DNA of 33,618 bases from Bacteroidota bacterium (GTDB lineage Bacteria > Bacteroidota > Bacteroidia > Chitinophagales > UBA10324): assembly GCA_014190535.1 (NCBI GenBank), contig BJGO01000004.1, forward strand, positions 1-33,618, written 5' to 3'. The position numbers were made by a program, and so were the translations under genes. The notes under the pieces are model-generated. The model had not been told where the DNA came from. It did not search any database and saw only the letters and a list, made by a program, of their open reading frames with translations. Below, in pieces: positions 9,886-19,131 of this stretch. The first letter of the stretch is position 1. Each line of letters starts with the position of its first letter.

Positions 9886-10668
9886 ATGAAAATGCCGCTT
9901 ATTTTTGAGCACTTGCAAACATCACCTTCCATTAACGAGAACTGGTTCAGCGAATGGTTTAACAGTCCATATTACGACCTGCTGTATCAGCACCGTAATG
10001 ATGAGGAGGCCGCCTTATTTATCGATAAGCTACTGAATCATCTTGAACTGAAGCCTGATGCTGTTATTGCCGATATGCCCTGCGGCAATGGCCGGCACGC
10101 CAGACAACTGGCCTCAAAAGGCTATTCGGTTTATGCCTACGATCTGAGCGAAAAAAATATTCGCGAGGCCGCCAAGCACCAGGCGGCCAACCTGCATACT
10201 GCGGTTCACGACATGCGTCAGTATGTTGCCTGCAATGTTTTTGATGCGCTCTTTAATTTATTTACCAGCCTGGGTTATTTCCGTGGCGATTATGTTGATC
10301 GGCGCATACTTAAAAATTTTTATGCCGCCATTAAACCGGGAGGCAAACTGGTACTGGACTATTTTAATGCCCCTGTGGTGTTAAGAAATCTTCAAAAAGA
10401 AAGTCGCGTTACGCATGATGGTGTTGAATTCCATATTCAGCGATATTATGACGGCAAACGAATTATTAAAACCGTGGAGATCACCGATCGTCAATCGGTA
10501 CATCACTTTGCCGAACGGGTACGTGCCTACACCATGACCGAGTTGTGCGATCTATTGCAACAAGCCGGATTCCAAATAACAGAGGTATTCGGCGACTATC
10601 AACTGCATTCGTTTGAAGAACAGCTTGCTCCCAGGTGCATACTGATTGCCCAAAAGAAACCCCTGTGA
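9886..10668 (+). CDS. Class I SAM-dependent methyltransferase
   Basis: WFNSPYY, DMPCGNGRH, YDLS, HDMR, NLFTSLGYF, LKPGG-like IKPGG. The true start may be TTG 9913. Confidence 0.88.
   Translation: MKMPLIFEHLQTSPSINENWFSEWFNSPYYDLLYQHRNDEEAALFIDKLLNHLELKPDAVIADMPCGNGRHARQLASKGYSVYAYDLSEKNIREAAKHQAANLHTAVHDMRQYVACNVFDALFNLFTSLGYFRGDYVDRRILKNFYAAIKPGGKLVLDYFNAPVVLRNLQKESRVTHDGVEFHIQRYYDGKRIIKTVEITDRQSVHHFAERVRAYTMTELCDLLQQAGFQITEVFGDYQLHSFEEQLAPRCILIAQKKPL
9900..9907 (+). promoter_or_regulatory. Putative Bacteroidota -7 promoter box TATTTTTG
   Basis: Exact TAnnTTTG match just upstream of an in-frame TTG at 9913, which suggests that is the methyltransferase start. Confidence 0.4.
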
Positions 10669-11237
10669 TGGACTGGCTAACCGATATTGATCGCAGTTTA
10701 CTTTTTTTTATCAATCAAACCTGCAACAATACGCTGTTTGATGTCGTGATGCCCTGGATCAGAGAGAAGAAAACCTGGATTCCGGCATATGTACTGCTCA
10801 CCTCGTGGATTATATACCGGCATCGCCACAAAAGCTGGATGATCGTACTACTGATCGTATGCGCCGTTGCCCTTTCCGATCAGGTAGCCTCCGGATTGTT
10901 TAAACCGTTGTTTCACCGATTGCGCCCCTGTGCGGCACCCGGCATCCGGGAACACTTGCAACTGCTGATACCTTGCGGCGGCGGATATAGTTTTTTTTCA
11001 TCGCATGCGGCAACGCATAGCTGCCTGTCTTTCTTGTTGATTTACTTGATGAAGCCCGTTAAATTACTGAGCGCGTTATTTGTGCTTTGGGCCTTTCTGA
11101 TTTGCCTCGCACAAGTTTATGTAGCTTATCATTATCCGTCTGATGTATTCTGCGGTGCTCTGTGTGGTGTACTAATCGCATACCTTTTGGCCTATATTGC
11201 AAGCCATTATTTTCTGAAATTGCAACCCGCATCATAA
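10668..11237 (+). CDS. PAP2 family membrane phosphatase (lipid A phosphatase/UPP phosphatase-like)
   Basis: KPLFHRLRP, SFFSSHA, QVYVAYHYPSDV. The ATG overlaps the upstream TGA. Confidence 0.88.
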   Translation: MDWLTDIDRSLLFFINQTCNNTLFDVVMPWIREKKTWIPAYVLLTSWIIYRHRHKSWMIVLLIVCAVALSDQVASGLFKPLFHRLRPCAAPGIREHLQLLIPCGGGYSFFSSHAATHSCLSFLLIYLMKPVKLLSALFVLWAFLICLAQVYVAYHYPSDVFCGALCGVLIAYLLAYIASHYFLKLQPAS

Positions 11238-11240
11238 CGC

Positions 11241-11954
11241 ATGGACAACTGGATTTACCTGGTACTTTTTCTGGCCCCATTCCTTGGAGGTACCCTTGCG
11301 TTCTTTTTTAAACCTAAGGTGGAAGGGAAGTATAAATTATTGCTGTCCTTTTCCGGAGCGTATTTGTTTTCGGTGGCGGTACTGCATTTTTTTTCGGTGA
11401 TATTTTCTTCGGGACATATTGAGCATGCCGGTGTATATGTATTGCTTGGATTTTTTCTTCAACTGCTTCTGGAGCAACTCACCCGCGGACTGGAACACGG
11501 ACACTTCCATGTTCATCACGATCATCATCCTTCGTTTGTATATACCGTGATGCTAGGCATCTGTATCCATTCGTTCTTTGATGGTATTCCTGTTTTTAGC
11601 GGAGAGCACCACGGCCACAATCATTCTATGCTATCGGCAATGGCCCTGCATAAATTGCCCGAAGGTTATGCCCTGGTGGTGTTACTTGGTTTACTGAACA
11701 TTAAAACATCTACCTCATTCATCCTGCTGTTTCTGTATAGTCTGGTTGCTCCGGCCGGTGCCATGGCCGCTTCTTATTTCGACAATCAGAATCCTCAGGT
11801 GCTGATGATTCTTTATGCGCTGGTTGGCGGTTTGATCCTTCATGTTTCTACAACCATCCTTTTTGAATCAGAATCGGGACAACACCGTTTTACGTACCAG
11901 AAAATTGCGGCTGTTGGCTTGGGCTCACTCCTTGCCTATCTCACATCCATTTAA
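11241..11954 (+). CDS. ZIP family divalent metal transporter
   Basis: Multiple TM helices, His-rich loop HGHFHVHHDHH, HSFFDG and HKLPEG motifs. Confidence 0.88.
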   Translation: MDNWIYLVLFLAPFLGGTLAFFFKPKVEGKYKLLLSFSGAYLFSVAVLHFFSVIFSSGHIEHAGVYVLLGFFLQLLLEQLTRGLEHGHFHVHHDHHPSFVYTVMLGICIHSFFDGIPVFSGEHHGHNHSMLSAMALHKLPEGYALVVLLGLLNIKTSTSFILLFLYSLVAPAGAMAASYFDNQNPQVLMILYALVGGLILHVSTTILFESESGQHRFTYQKIAAVGLGSLLAYLTSI

Positions 11955-11968
11955 ATCATACCCTTACT

Positions 11969-12748
11969 ATGCAAACTGAATTCATTATCGTTACTCCCCA
12001 ATTCGAAAAGCACATAGCACTGATACAACTCAACAGACCCAAAGAGTTGAACGCGCTGAACCTGCAACTAATGGGTGAGGTGCGCGACGCGCTGAAGATG
12101 CTAGATAACGATGACCATGTGCGTGCAATCATCATTACCGGAAATGAAAAAGCGTTTGCCGCCGGAGCAGACATTAAACAAATGGCCGGTAAAACAGCCA
12201 TTGATATGTTAAACATTGATCAGTTCAGCACCTGGGATCAAATCAAGAAAACGAAAAAACCGCTCATAGCTGCGGTGTCGGGTTTCGCATTGGGCGGTGG
12301 CTGTGAGTTGATGATGCACTGCGACATCATTGTTGCCTCCGAAACGGCTCGTATCGGTCAGCCGGAAATTAAAATCGGTGTGATGCCCGGAGCAGGCGGC
12401 ACACAACGGCTTACACGTGCCGTGGGCAAAGCATTAGCCATGGAAATGGTGTTAACCGGAAAATTTATCACCGCTGAAGAGGCCCTTCGTGCAGGCTTGA
12501 TCAATAAGGTAGTACCTGTAGAATTTTATTTGAAGGAGGCGGTGCAATATGCACAACAACTTGCGGCCCTGTCGCCTGTTGCCGTAAAACTTGCCAAGGA
12601 GGCGGTGCTCAATGCGTTTAACTCTTCGCTCGATGAAGGACTGCACTTCGAACGCAAGAATTTTTATTTGTGTTTTGCCTCTGAAGATCAGAAGGAGGGC
12701 ATGAATGCGTTTATTGAGAAACGCACCGCGCAGTTCAGCGGTAAATAA
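11969..12748 (+). CDS. Enoyl-CoA hydratase (crotonase; PaaF-like)
   Basis: LNRPKELNAL, FAAGADI, ALGGGCEL, QPEIKIGVMPGAGGTQRL. Confidence 0.92.
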   Translation: MQTEFIIVTPQFEKHIALIQLNRPKELNALNLQLMGEVRDALKMLDNDDHVRAIIITGNEKAFAAGADIKQMAGKTAIDMLNIDQFSTWDQIKKTKKPLIAAVSGFALGGGCELMMHCDIIVASETARIGQPEIKIGVMPGAGGTQRLTRAVGKALAMEMVLTGKFITAEEALRAGLINKVVPVEFYLKEAVQYAQQLAALSPVAVKLAKEAVLNAFNSSLDEGLHFERKNFYLCFASEDQKEGMNAFIEKRTAQFSGK

Positions 12749-12780
12749 AAAACGGGAAGTGTTATACTCCTTCCCGTTCT
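12745..12780. terminator. Intrinsic terminator hairpin between convergent genes
   Basis: AACGGGAAG (12751-12759) / CTTCCCGTT (12770-12778) perfect 9-bp stem, preceded by an A run that gives a U-tract on the minus strand. Confidence 0.75.
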
Positions 12781-12802
12781 GAGCATTTTACAACCTAAAA
12801 CC

Positions 12803-14581
12803 CTAATTTATGTAAAGCTCATATGGTAAACGAGCCTGTACGCCCTTTATTGTGCTAAGCATTTTTAACTGCTGATAGTAAGGATATAAGGCACCCAGCG
12901 ACGCTTTGATGTGTGCCTCTTCATTAGTTTCTTCATCCAGCATTTCAAAGATTTGCTCCAGACCGTTATCTTTTGATTTCGGAAATTCAACGATTCGGTA
13001 TTTATCGGCTTTGGCCAGTTTAGCGGCAATGGCTAAGGCGGTATGGATATCGCCAAGAGTATCAACAAGACCATTGGCCAATCCCTGTTGACCGGTCCAT
13101 ACGCGGCCCTGAGCAATGGAGTCCACAAGATTCATGGGCATATTGCGTCCCTGCGCCACACGGGTTCTGAATTTCAGATAGATAGAGTCCACGCCGCGCT
13201 GTATGATAAGTTTTTCATCTTCACGAACCGGGCGTGTGAGCGTACCCAGATCGGAGTATTTACCTGTGCTCACCCCATCGAACGTGATGCCGAGTTTTTC
13301 GTTCATCAGCTTTTGTATGTTAGGCAGTATACCGAATACGCCGATTGAACCGGTGAGCGTATTAGGCAGGGCAACAATCTTGGAAGCACCGCACGAGATG
13401 TAGTACCCGCCGGATGCGGCTAAATCACCCATACTCACTACAACCGGTTTTTTCGCTTTCACCAGCTGTACTTCACGCCAGATGATATCCGATGCCAGTG
13501 CACTGCCGCCCGGTGAATTCACGCGCAGTACCAGTGCAGAAATTTTTTCGTCTTCACGAATCTTTTTTAATTGTTCTATCAAACGTGCAGAACCTATTTC
13601 AGAACGATCGCCCTTGCCATCAACGATTTCGCCCTGTGCATAGAGTATGGCAATTTTTTTATCGTCGAGCGATTTCTTTTCGCCATCTGCAGTGCGACGA
13701 TATTTATTAACGGTCATGAATTGCAGTTTATCTTTTTCACCAAGCTTCAATTGTTTGCGCATATAGTCAGTCACCTGATCGGTGTAGTACAGGTCGTCAA
13801 CCATTTTATAATTCAATGCATCGGAAGATGCCTGTATCAGCATGTTATCTGATACGTTTTTAACCTCATCAAAAGAAAGCTTGCGCCCATCGGCGATGCG
13901 TTGCATCATATAATTATTGAGATTGCCGATAAGATCAGCAACCATCACACGATTGGGTTCACTCATTTTATCGTAGCGGAAAGGCTCCGTTGCCGACTTA
14001 AACTTACCGCAGTAAAATACCTGAGGTTCAACCCCAACCTTATCGAGCATATTTTTGAAAAAGGTGATCTGTGAATTCAGTCCGCGCAATTCCATCAGGC
14101 CTGTAGGATTCAGAAATATTTTGCTTGCTGCACTGGCCACGTAATAGCCTTTTTGAGTATATACTTCGGAATAGGACACCACAAATTTACCGGACTCACG
14201 GAAGTCGAGTAAGGCAGAACGAATCTGTTCAGCTGTTGCAAAGCCACTGGTAAACATGCCGCACTCCAGATAAATCCCTTTGATATTGGCATCTGTTTTT
14301 GCCCGCTTGATTGTTTTTATAATATCGTTGAGTCCGGGAGTAATTTTTGGCTCAAACGAGCTGAAATTAAAATCTTCAAACGGGTTATTATTGGTCTTTT
14401 CGGCTATATCGTAATCGAGATTAACGTGGAGTATGGAATTTGGCTTAACCGTTACCTCTACCTCACTGGTTGATCCGGCTATGATGCCACCGATAATGGC
14501 GAATAGCACAAATAAGAGTAAAAAGCTTCCAATGATGAATCCCAACACGGAAGCGAAAAAGAATTTAAAAAATTGTTTCAT
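12803..14581 (-). CDS. sppA: Signal peptide peptidase SppA, 67K type
   Basis: N-terminal TM, GKFKSATEP, RVNSPGGSALAS, SMGDLAASGGYY, TGSIGV, QGRVWTG. Confidence 0.95.
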   Translation of the reverse strand: MKQFFKFFFASVLGFIIGSFLLLFVLFAIIGGIIAGSTSEVEVTVKPNSILHVNLDYDIAEKTNNNPFEDFNFSSFEPKITPGLNDIIKTIKRAKTDANIKGIYLECGMFTSGFATAEQIRSALLDFRESGKFVVSYSEVYTQKGYYVASAASKIFLNPTGLMELRGLNSQITFFKNMLDKVGVEPQVFYCGKFKSATEPFRYDKMSEPNRVMVADLIGNLNNYMMQRIADGRKLSFDEVKNVSDNMLIQASSDALNYKMVDDLYYTDQVTDYMRKQLKLGEKDKLQFMTVNKYRRTADGEKKSLDDKKIAILYAQGEIVDGKGDRSEIGSARLIEQLKKIREDEKISALVLRVNSPGGSALASDIIWREVQLVKAKKPVVVSMGDLAASGGYYISCGASKIVALPNTLTGSIGVFGILPNIQKLMNEKLGITFDGVSTGKYSDLGTLTRPVREDEKLIIQRGVDSIYLKFRTRVAQGRNMPMNLVDSIAQGRVWTGQQGLANGLVDTLGDIHTALAIAAKLAKADKYRIVEFPKSKDNGLEQIFEMLDEETNEEAHIKASLGALYPYYQQLKMLSTIKGVQARLPYELYIN

Positions 14582-14601
14582 GTCAATTTGGTTTACGGCT
14601 A

Positions 14602-14609
14602 CAAATGTA
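14602..14609 (-). promoter_or_regulatory. Putative -7 promoter box TACATTTG for sppA
   Basis: Exact TAnnTTTG on the minus strand about 20 nt upstream of the sppA ATG. Confidence 0.5.
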
Positions 14610-14709
14610 TAGGCCCCCGTGAGGTATCAAAACCGGAATATGATGATTGCTGTAAGAAAATGATAAACGAAATGGCAAGATGTGAGCCGTTGCCTATAGA
14701 TTTACCGGC

Positions 14710-15201
14710 GTGAATACTGCATTTCTACTTTTAGGATCCAATATTGAGCCCCGGTTGGATTATTTGAACAAAGCCAAGGAACTGCTTGCACAAGGCGTAA
14801 CGATAGTGAAGTCGTCTGCGGTTTATGAAACAGAGGCCTGGCAAATGCCGGCAGGCACAACAGCCTTTCTGAACCAGGTGATCGAGATCGATGGAACGAT
14901 GACAGTATCCGAACTATTAAACTTTACTCAGGAAACCGAGCGTGCCTGTAACAGAGCCGATAAATCGAAAAACACATCACGTACACTCGATATCGATCTG
15001 CTCTTGTATAATCACGAAATCATCGTGAGTCCTGAACTGCAGGTGCCACATCCACGTCTTCATCTGAGGCGCTTCACCCTATTGCCCCTGTGCGAAATTG
15101 CCGGAGACCACATGCATCCTCAACTGCATCAATCCTTCCATCATTTATTAAAACAATGCACGGATATTTGTGCCGTCCGCCGGTATGACATTGCGTTATA
15201 A
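14710..15201 (+). CDS. folK: 2-amino-4-hydroxy-6-hydroxymethyldihydropteridine diphosphokinase (HPPK)
   Basis: LLLGSNI, SAVYETEAW, FLNQV, RTLDIDLL, PHPRLHLRRF; GTG start. Confidence 0.93.
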   Translation: MNTAFLLLGSNIEPRLDYLNKAKELLAQGVTIVKSSAVYETEAWQMPAGTTAFLNQVIEIDGTMTVSELLNFTQETERACNRADKSKNTSRTLDIDLLLYNHEIIVSPELQVPHPRLHLRRFTLLPLCEIAGDHMHPQLHQSFHHLLKQCTDICAVRRYDIAL

Positions 15202-15835
15202 ATACATAACCATAGAGGGGAACATCGGAGCCGGAAAAACTTCGCTGGCCACGATGCTGGCTAAGCAGTTTGATGCCCAACTGGTGCTGGAGCAGTTTGC
15301 CGACAATCCCTTTTTACCCTTGTTTTATGAATTACCTCAACGCTATGGCTTTCCGCTGGAATTGTTTTTTATGGCGGAGCGTTTTCAGCAACTCAAGGAA
15401 ACCACTGGGAATAGTCAGCTTTTTCAACCCAATGTCATCGCCGATTATTTGTTTATTAAATCGCTCTTATTTGCCCGCATCAACCTGAACGAGGAGGAAT
15501 ACAAATTATATCAGCGCCTGTTCCATTATATCTACACCACCCTGCCCGAACCCGAACTGCTGGTGTATCTGCACTGCGACGTGCCTCAGCTACTTAATAA
15601 TATCGGGAAACGCGGACGCTCCTATGAAAAAAATATTAGCGGCGACTATCTGCAAAATATTCAGGACACGTATTTCAGTTACTTTAAAACCAAAGAACAG
15701 TTGCGCATACTGGTTATTGACAGCACCGATATCGATTTTATCCATAATCCGAACACCTATGATCGCCTGGTCGATATCATCAACCGCGATTATGAAAGCG
15801 GCATACACTATGTGAAAAATATTTATGAGTACTAA
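15185..15835 (+). CDS. Deoxynucleoside kinase (dAK/dGK family)
   Basis: IEGNIGAGKTSL P-loop, NPFLPLFY, KRGRSYE lid. ATG 15185 overlaps the folK end. Confidence 0.9.
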   Translation: MTLRYKYITIEGNIGAGKTSLATMLAKQFDAQLVLEQFADNPFLPLFYELPQRYGFPLELFFMAERFQQLKETTGNSQLFQPNVIADYLFIKSLLFARINLNEEEYKLYQRLFHYIYTTLPEPELLVYLHCDVPQLLNNIGKRGRSYEKNISGDYLQNIQDTYFSYFKTKEQLRILVIDSTDIDFIHNPNTYDRLVDIINRDYESGIHYVKNIYEY

Positions 15836-15942
15836 ACCTTGTTACGTATACTTCACACCAAATTTATGCTGTCCCGAATATGCAATACCATAACAACTTG
15901 TATTTTTCTTTGCGTGAGCAAAAGCAATAACTTCATAATAAC

Positions 15943-17283
15943 ATGAACACCTATCTAATTAAAGATGTACAAATAATCAATGAGGGAAACATTGTTACCG
16001 GCAGTGTATTAATTGAACATAACCGGATTAAAGAAATAGGCAATCAACTGAATGAGAACGGCGCTACGCTGATCGATGGCACCAATCATGTATTGTTCCC
16101 GGGTATCATCGATGGTCAGGTTCATTTTCGTGAACCGGGCCTAACCCATAAAGCAGACCTCTATACCGAGACTAAGGCGGCTGTTGCAGGAGGCATTACT
16201 TCATTTATTGATATGCCCAACACCATACCCAACGTATTAACACCGGAAATTTTACACGAGAAATATCGATTGGCATCCATGCACGCATTGGCTAACTATG
16301 GTTTCCTGATGGGTGTTAACGGTCAAAATCTGGATGAGGTCATACAAATGGATAAGACCGGCCTGCTTGGACTTTCCGACGACGGCCTCTATTTCAGCGG
16401 TAAGGGGAATCTGCTTGCCGATCATCCCGAAATTCTTGAAAAACTATTTAAGCATTGCCATGCCATCATCGGCATCCATTCAGAAAAGGAGCAACTTATC
16501 GAAGAAAATGAACACAAGTACCGTTCGATTTATGGTGATGAGATCCCCTTTGAGTATCATCCGCTGATACGCAGTGAACAAGCCTGCTATGAAGCAACTA
16601 AACAGGCCATTGCGCTGGCGAACACCTACAAGGCACGCCTACACATACTTCATCTTTCAACCGAAGCCGAAACCCGTTTATTCCGAAACGATATTCCACT
16701 AAAAGCAAAAAATATTACTACAGAAGTCTGTATCCATCATTTATGGTTTTCGGATAAAGACTATAAACAACTTGGCCCTCTCATTAAATGGAACCCTGCC
16801 ATCAAAACCGAAAAAGACAGACAAGGACTGATGCGCGCCCTTCTGGACGATCGCATAGACATGATTACCACCGACCACGCACCTCATACCCTTACAGAAA
16901 AACAACAAAGCTATTTTAAATCGATGTCGGGGGCTCCTATGGTACAGCATGCCCTTCCGGTAATGCTGGAATTTTATCACAGAGGCATCATTTCTCTTGA
17001 AAAGATTGCTGAAAAGATGTGTCATAATCCGGCAGTGATTTACAACATAAAGGACAGAGGGTATATCCGTGAAGGATATTTTGCAGACCTCACGATGGTA
17101 AACCTGAACAAGCCTCATACCGTAAGCAGAGATACGATCCTGTATAAGTGCGGCTGGTCGCCACTAGAGGGCACCACCCTGCAATCGCAGGTAACACATA
17201 CGTTTGTTAACGGACATTTGGTACACCATAATGGCGTGTTTGATGATCGTACAAGAGGGTCGGCACTCGAAACCAATCATTAA
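15943..17283 (+). CDS. pyrC: Dihydroorotase-like amidohydrolase
   Basis: DGQVHFREPG, GGITSFIDMPNT, IHSE, HILHLST, KWNPAIK, TDHAPH, KCGWSP. Confidence 0.82.
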   Translation: MNTYLIKDVQIINEGNIVTGSVLIEHNRIKEIGNQLNENGATLIDGTNHVLFPGIIDGQVHFREPGLTHKADLYTETKAAVAGGITSFIDMPNTIPNVLTPEILHEKYRLASMHALANYGFLMGVNGQNLDEVIQMDKTGLLGLSDDGLYFSGKGNLLADHPEILEKLFKHCHAIIGIHSEKEQLIEENEHKYRSIYGDEIPFEYHPLIRSEQACYEATKQAIALANTYKARLHILHLSTEAETRLFRNDIPLKAKNITTEVCIHHLWFSDKDYKQLGPLIKWNPAIKTEKDRQGLMRALLDDRIDMITTDHAPHTLTEKQQSYFKSMSGAPMVQHALPVMLEFYHRGIISLEKIAEKMCHNPAVIYNIKDRGYIREGYFADLTMVNLNKPHTVSRDTILYKCGWSPLEGTTLQSQVTHTFVNGHLVHHNGVFDDRTRGSALETNH

Positions 17284-17300
17284 TAAACAAGAGCAACACG

Positions 17301-18137
17301 ATGTTTCAGGGCCGATCACTGGTTATAGCAACAAAACATCATAAAGAACAGGCTATTGCTCCGGTGCTTGAACGGGAGCTGGGCGTTCGATGTTTTGCCG
17401 ATACCACACAGGACACAGATGAACTGGGCACATTTACCGGTGAGGTGGAACGCCGACTGGACCCGATGGCCTCGGCAAGAGAAAAGTGCATGAGAGCGAT
17501 GGCCGCAAATAGTTGTACGCTGGGTGTTGCCAGCGAAGGCTCTTTCGGCCCTCACCCCTCGTTACCGTTTGTTCCGGCAGATGATGAACTTCTGATTTTT
17601 ATCGACACCCTGAACCATATTGAAGTTGTGGTTAGAGAACTCAGCACCTCAACTAATTTTAGTGCAAGGTCGATTACACAGATCCATGAATTATCCGCCT
17701 TTGCCGAGCAAGTTGGATTTCCGTTGCACGGTATCATACTGCGTGATAAAAACCCACATAGCACGGTGATCTATAAAGGCATCCACTCCATGGACGTTTT
17801 GTTAGACCGCTTTGATATGCTGTACACAACATTTCAGTCTGCCTATGCAGAAACCGATATGCGCGCTATGTATAATCCTACACGCATGGAGGTAATCAAA
17901 AAAGCCGCCGAGAAACTGGCGCAAAAAATAAATTCGCGTTGCCCTCAATGCAATACTCCCGGATTCGATATTACAGATGTGATTAGGGGCTTACCCTGCA
18001 GTCTTTGTCATAGACCAACCGACATGATCATTAGCAGTGTTTGTATCTGCTCTGCCTGCCAATACCTGCAGGTAAACAGATATCCCGAGCAGAAATATAC
18101 CGCCGATCCGATGTACTGCAATTTTTGCAACCCCTGA
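17301..18137 (+). CDS. DUF6671-like protein with four C-terminal CxxC pairs
   Basis: IATKHHKE, GTFTGEVER, ASEGSFGPHP, ETDMRAMYNPTRM, CPQC/CSLC/CSAC/CNFC. Family recalled from memory. Confidence 0.7.
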   Translation: MFQGRSLVIATKHHKEQAIAPVLERELGVRCFADTTQDTDELGTFTGEVERRLDPMASAREKCMRAMAANSCTLGVASEGSFGPHPSLPFVPADDELLIFIDTLNHIEVVVRELSTSTNFSARSITQIHELSAFAEQVGFPLHGIILRDKNPHSTVIYKGIHSMDVLLDRFDMLYTTFQSAYAETDMRAMYNPTRMEVIKKAAEKLAQKINSRCPQCNTPGFDITDVIRGLPCSLCHRPTDMIISSVCICSACQYLQVNRYPEQKYTADPMYCNFCNP

Positions 18138-18224
18138 TGGATTCAGCATAATGACTATCTATTGATCTGCTCAATCACGCAATAAACCTATTATTGCATT
18201 CGTTTACGCACACATTATTCATCA

Positions 18225-19025
18225 ATGAAACGTTTCACCTTTTATTTCTGTCTCTTGTTGTTTTACTCATTGTGTTCGTGCAGTAAAGACGAGCAACAAC
18301 AGATCTATATGCCCGAAGTTTCAGCAAATAAATCATCCGAACCGGAGGAAACGAAGAACACAACAGACCCCGTTACCCCTGAACGGAAAGTGATTAAAAA
18401 AGGAGATCTCCATTTTGAAACTTCGAGCAATCAGGAAACCAGGGCCTTCATAACTAAACAAGTTCTTGAATTAAAGGGGTATATTTCAGATGATGATTTT
18501 TATGAATATGACAACCGTACGGAGTATCGTATAACACTACGGGTACCTTCCAATCAATTCGATCAACTCCTGAACCGCTTTACTTCACACGCTAAAAAAA
18601 TTGACCGAAGCAATATCAACACAAGCGATGTAACCGATGAATTCGTTGACATCGAGGCACGGCTAAAAACAAAAAAAGAGTTGGAAAACCGTTACCGGGA
18701 ATTACTGAAGGAAGCCAATAGCGTTGATGATATGCTAGCTATAGAGCGCGAACTGGGGACGCTACGTGCAGACATAGAATCCGCAGAAGGTCGTTTACGA
18801 CTGCTTGACAATCTGGTGTCATACAGCACACTATCTGTTTCGTTCTATGAGAAACATAATGCCGCACTTGGCTTTGGCCTGCGACTCGGAGAAGCTTTGG
18901 AAACAGGTTGGTCTGGTTTACTCTGGTTGATTGTTGCTGTAACCAGCTTATGGCCTTTCATACTTTCTGCAGTTATCCTTGTATTGGTAAATCGCCGATT
19001 CACAAACAACATATCACGAAAATAA
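18225..19025 (+). CDS. DUF4349 family lipoprotein
   Basis: Lipobox-like LCSCS, RKVIKKG, LRVPS, DVTDEFVDIEARL coiled coil, VSYSTL, C-terminal TM with LWPF. Confidence 0.8.
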   Translation: MKRFTFYFCLLLFYSLCSCSKDEQQQIYMPEVSANKSSEPEETKNTTDPVTPERKVIKKGDLHFETSSNQETRAFITKQVLELKGYISDDDFYEYDNRTEYRITLRVPSNQFDQLLNRFTSHAKKIDRSNINTSDVTDEFVDIEARLKTKKELENRYRELLKEANSVDDMLAIERELGTLRADIESAEGRLRLLDNLVSYSTLSVSFYEKHNAALGFGLRLGEALETGWSGLLWLIVAVTSLWPFILSAVILVLVNRRFTNNISRK

Positions 19026-19131
19026 GGACGGTATTAAGCCGCATAAATCAACGTTGCCGGTTTGCTTGCTGATGAAATAATAGTTCGTAGTGTTGTTTAG
19101 ATTGAGTTGTTCCTGATGTATTTTTATTTTC

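Noticed and set aside
14710-15835. Overlapping folK and deoxynucleoside kinase as a novel pairing or broken fusion
   Set aside because: This adjacency or fusion is common in Bacteroidota and Proteobacteria, and both ORFs look complete.
3297-15891. Identical 13-mer TATGCAATACCAT upstream of the TMTC-like gene (3297-3309) and pyrC (15879-15891)
   Set aside because: It is non-palindromic, sits at different distances from the starts, and a 13-mer match is compatible with chance in a window this size.
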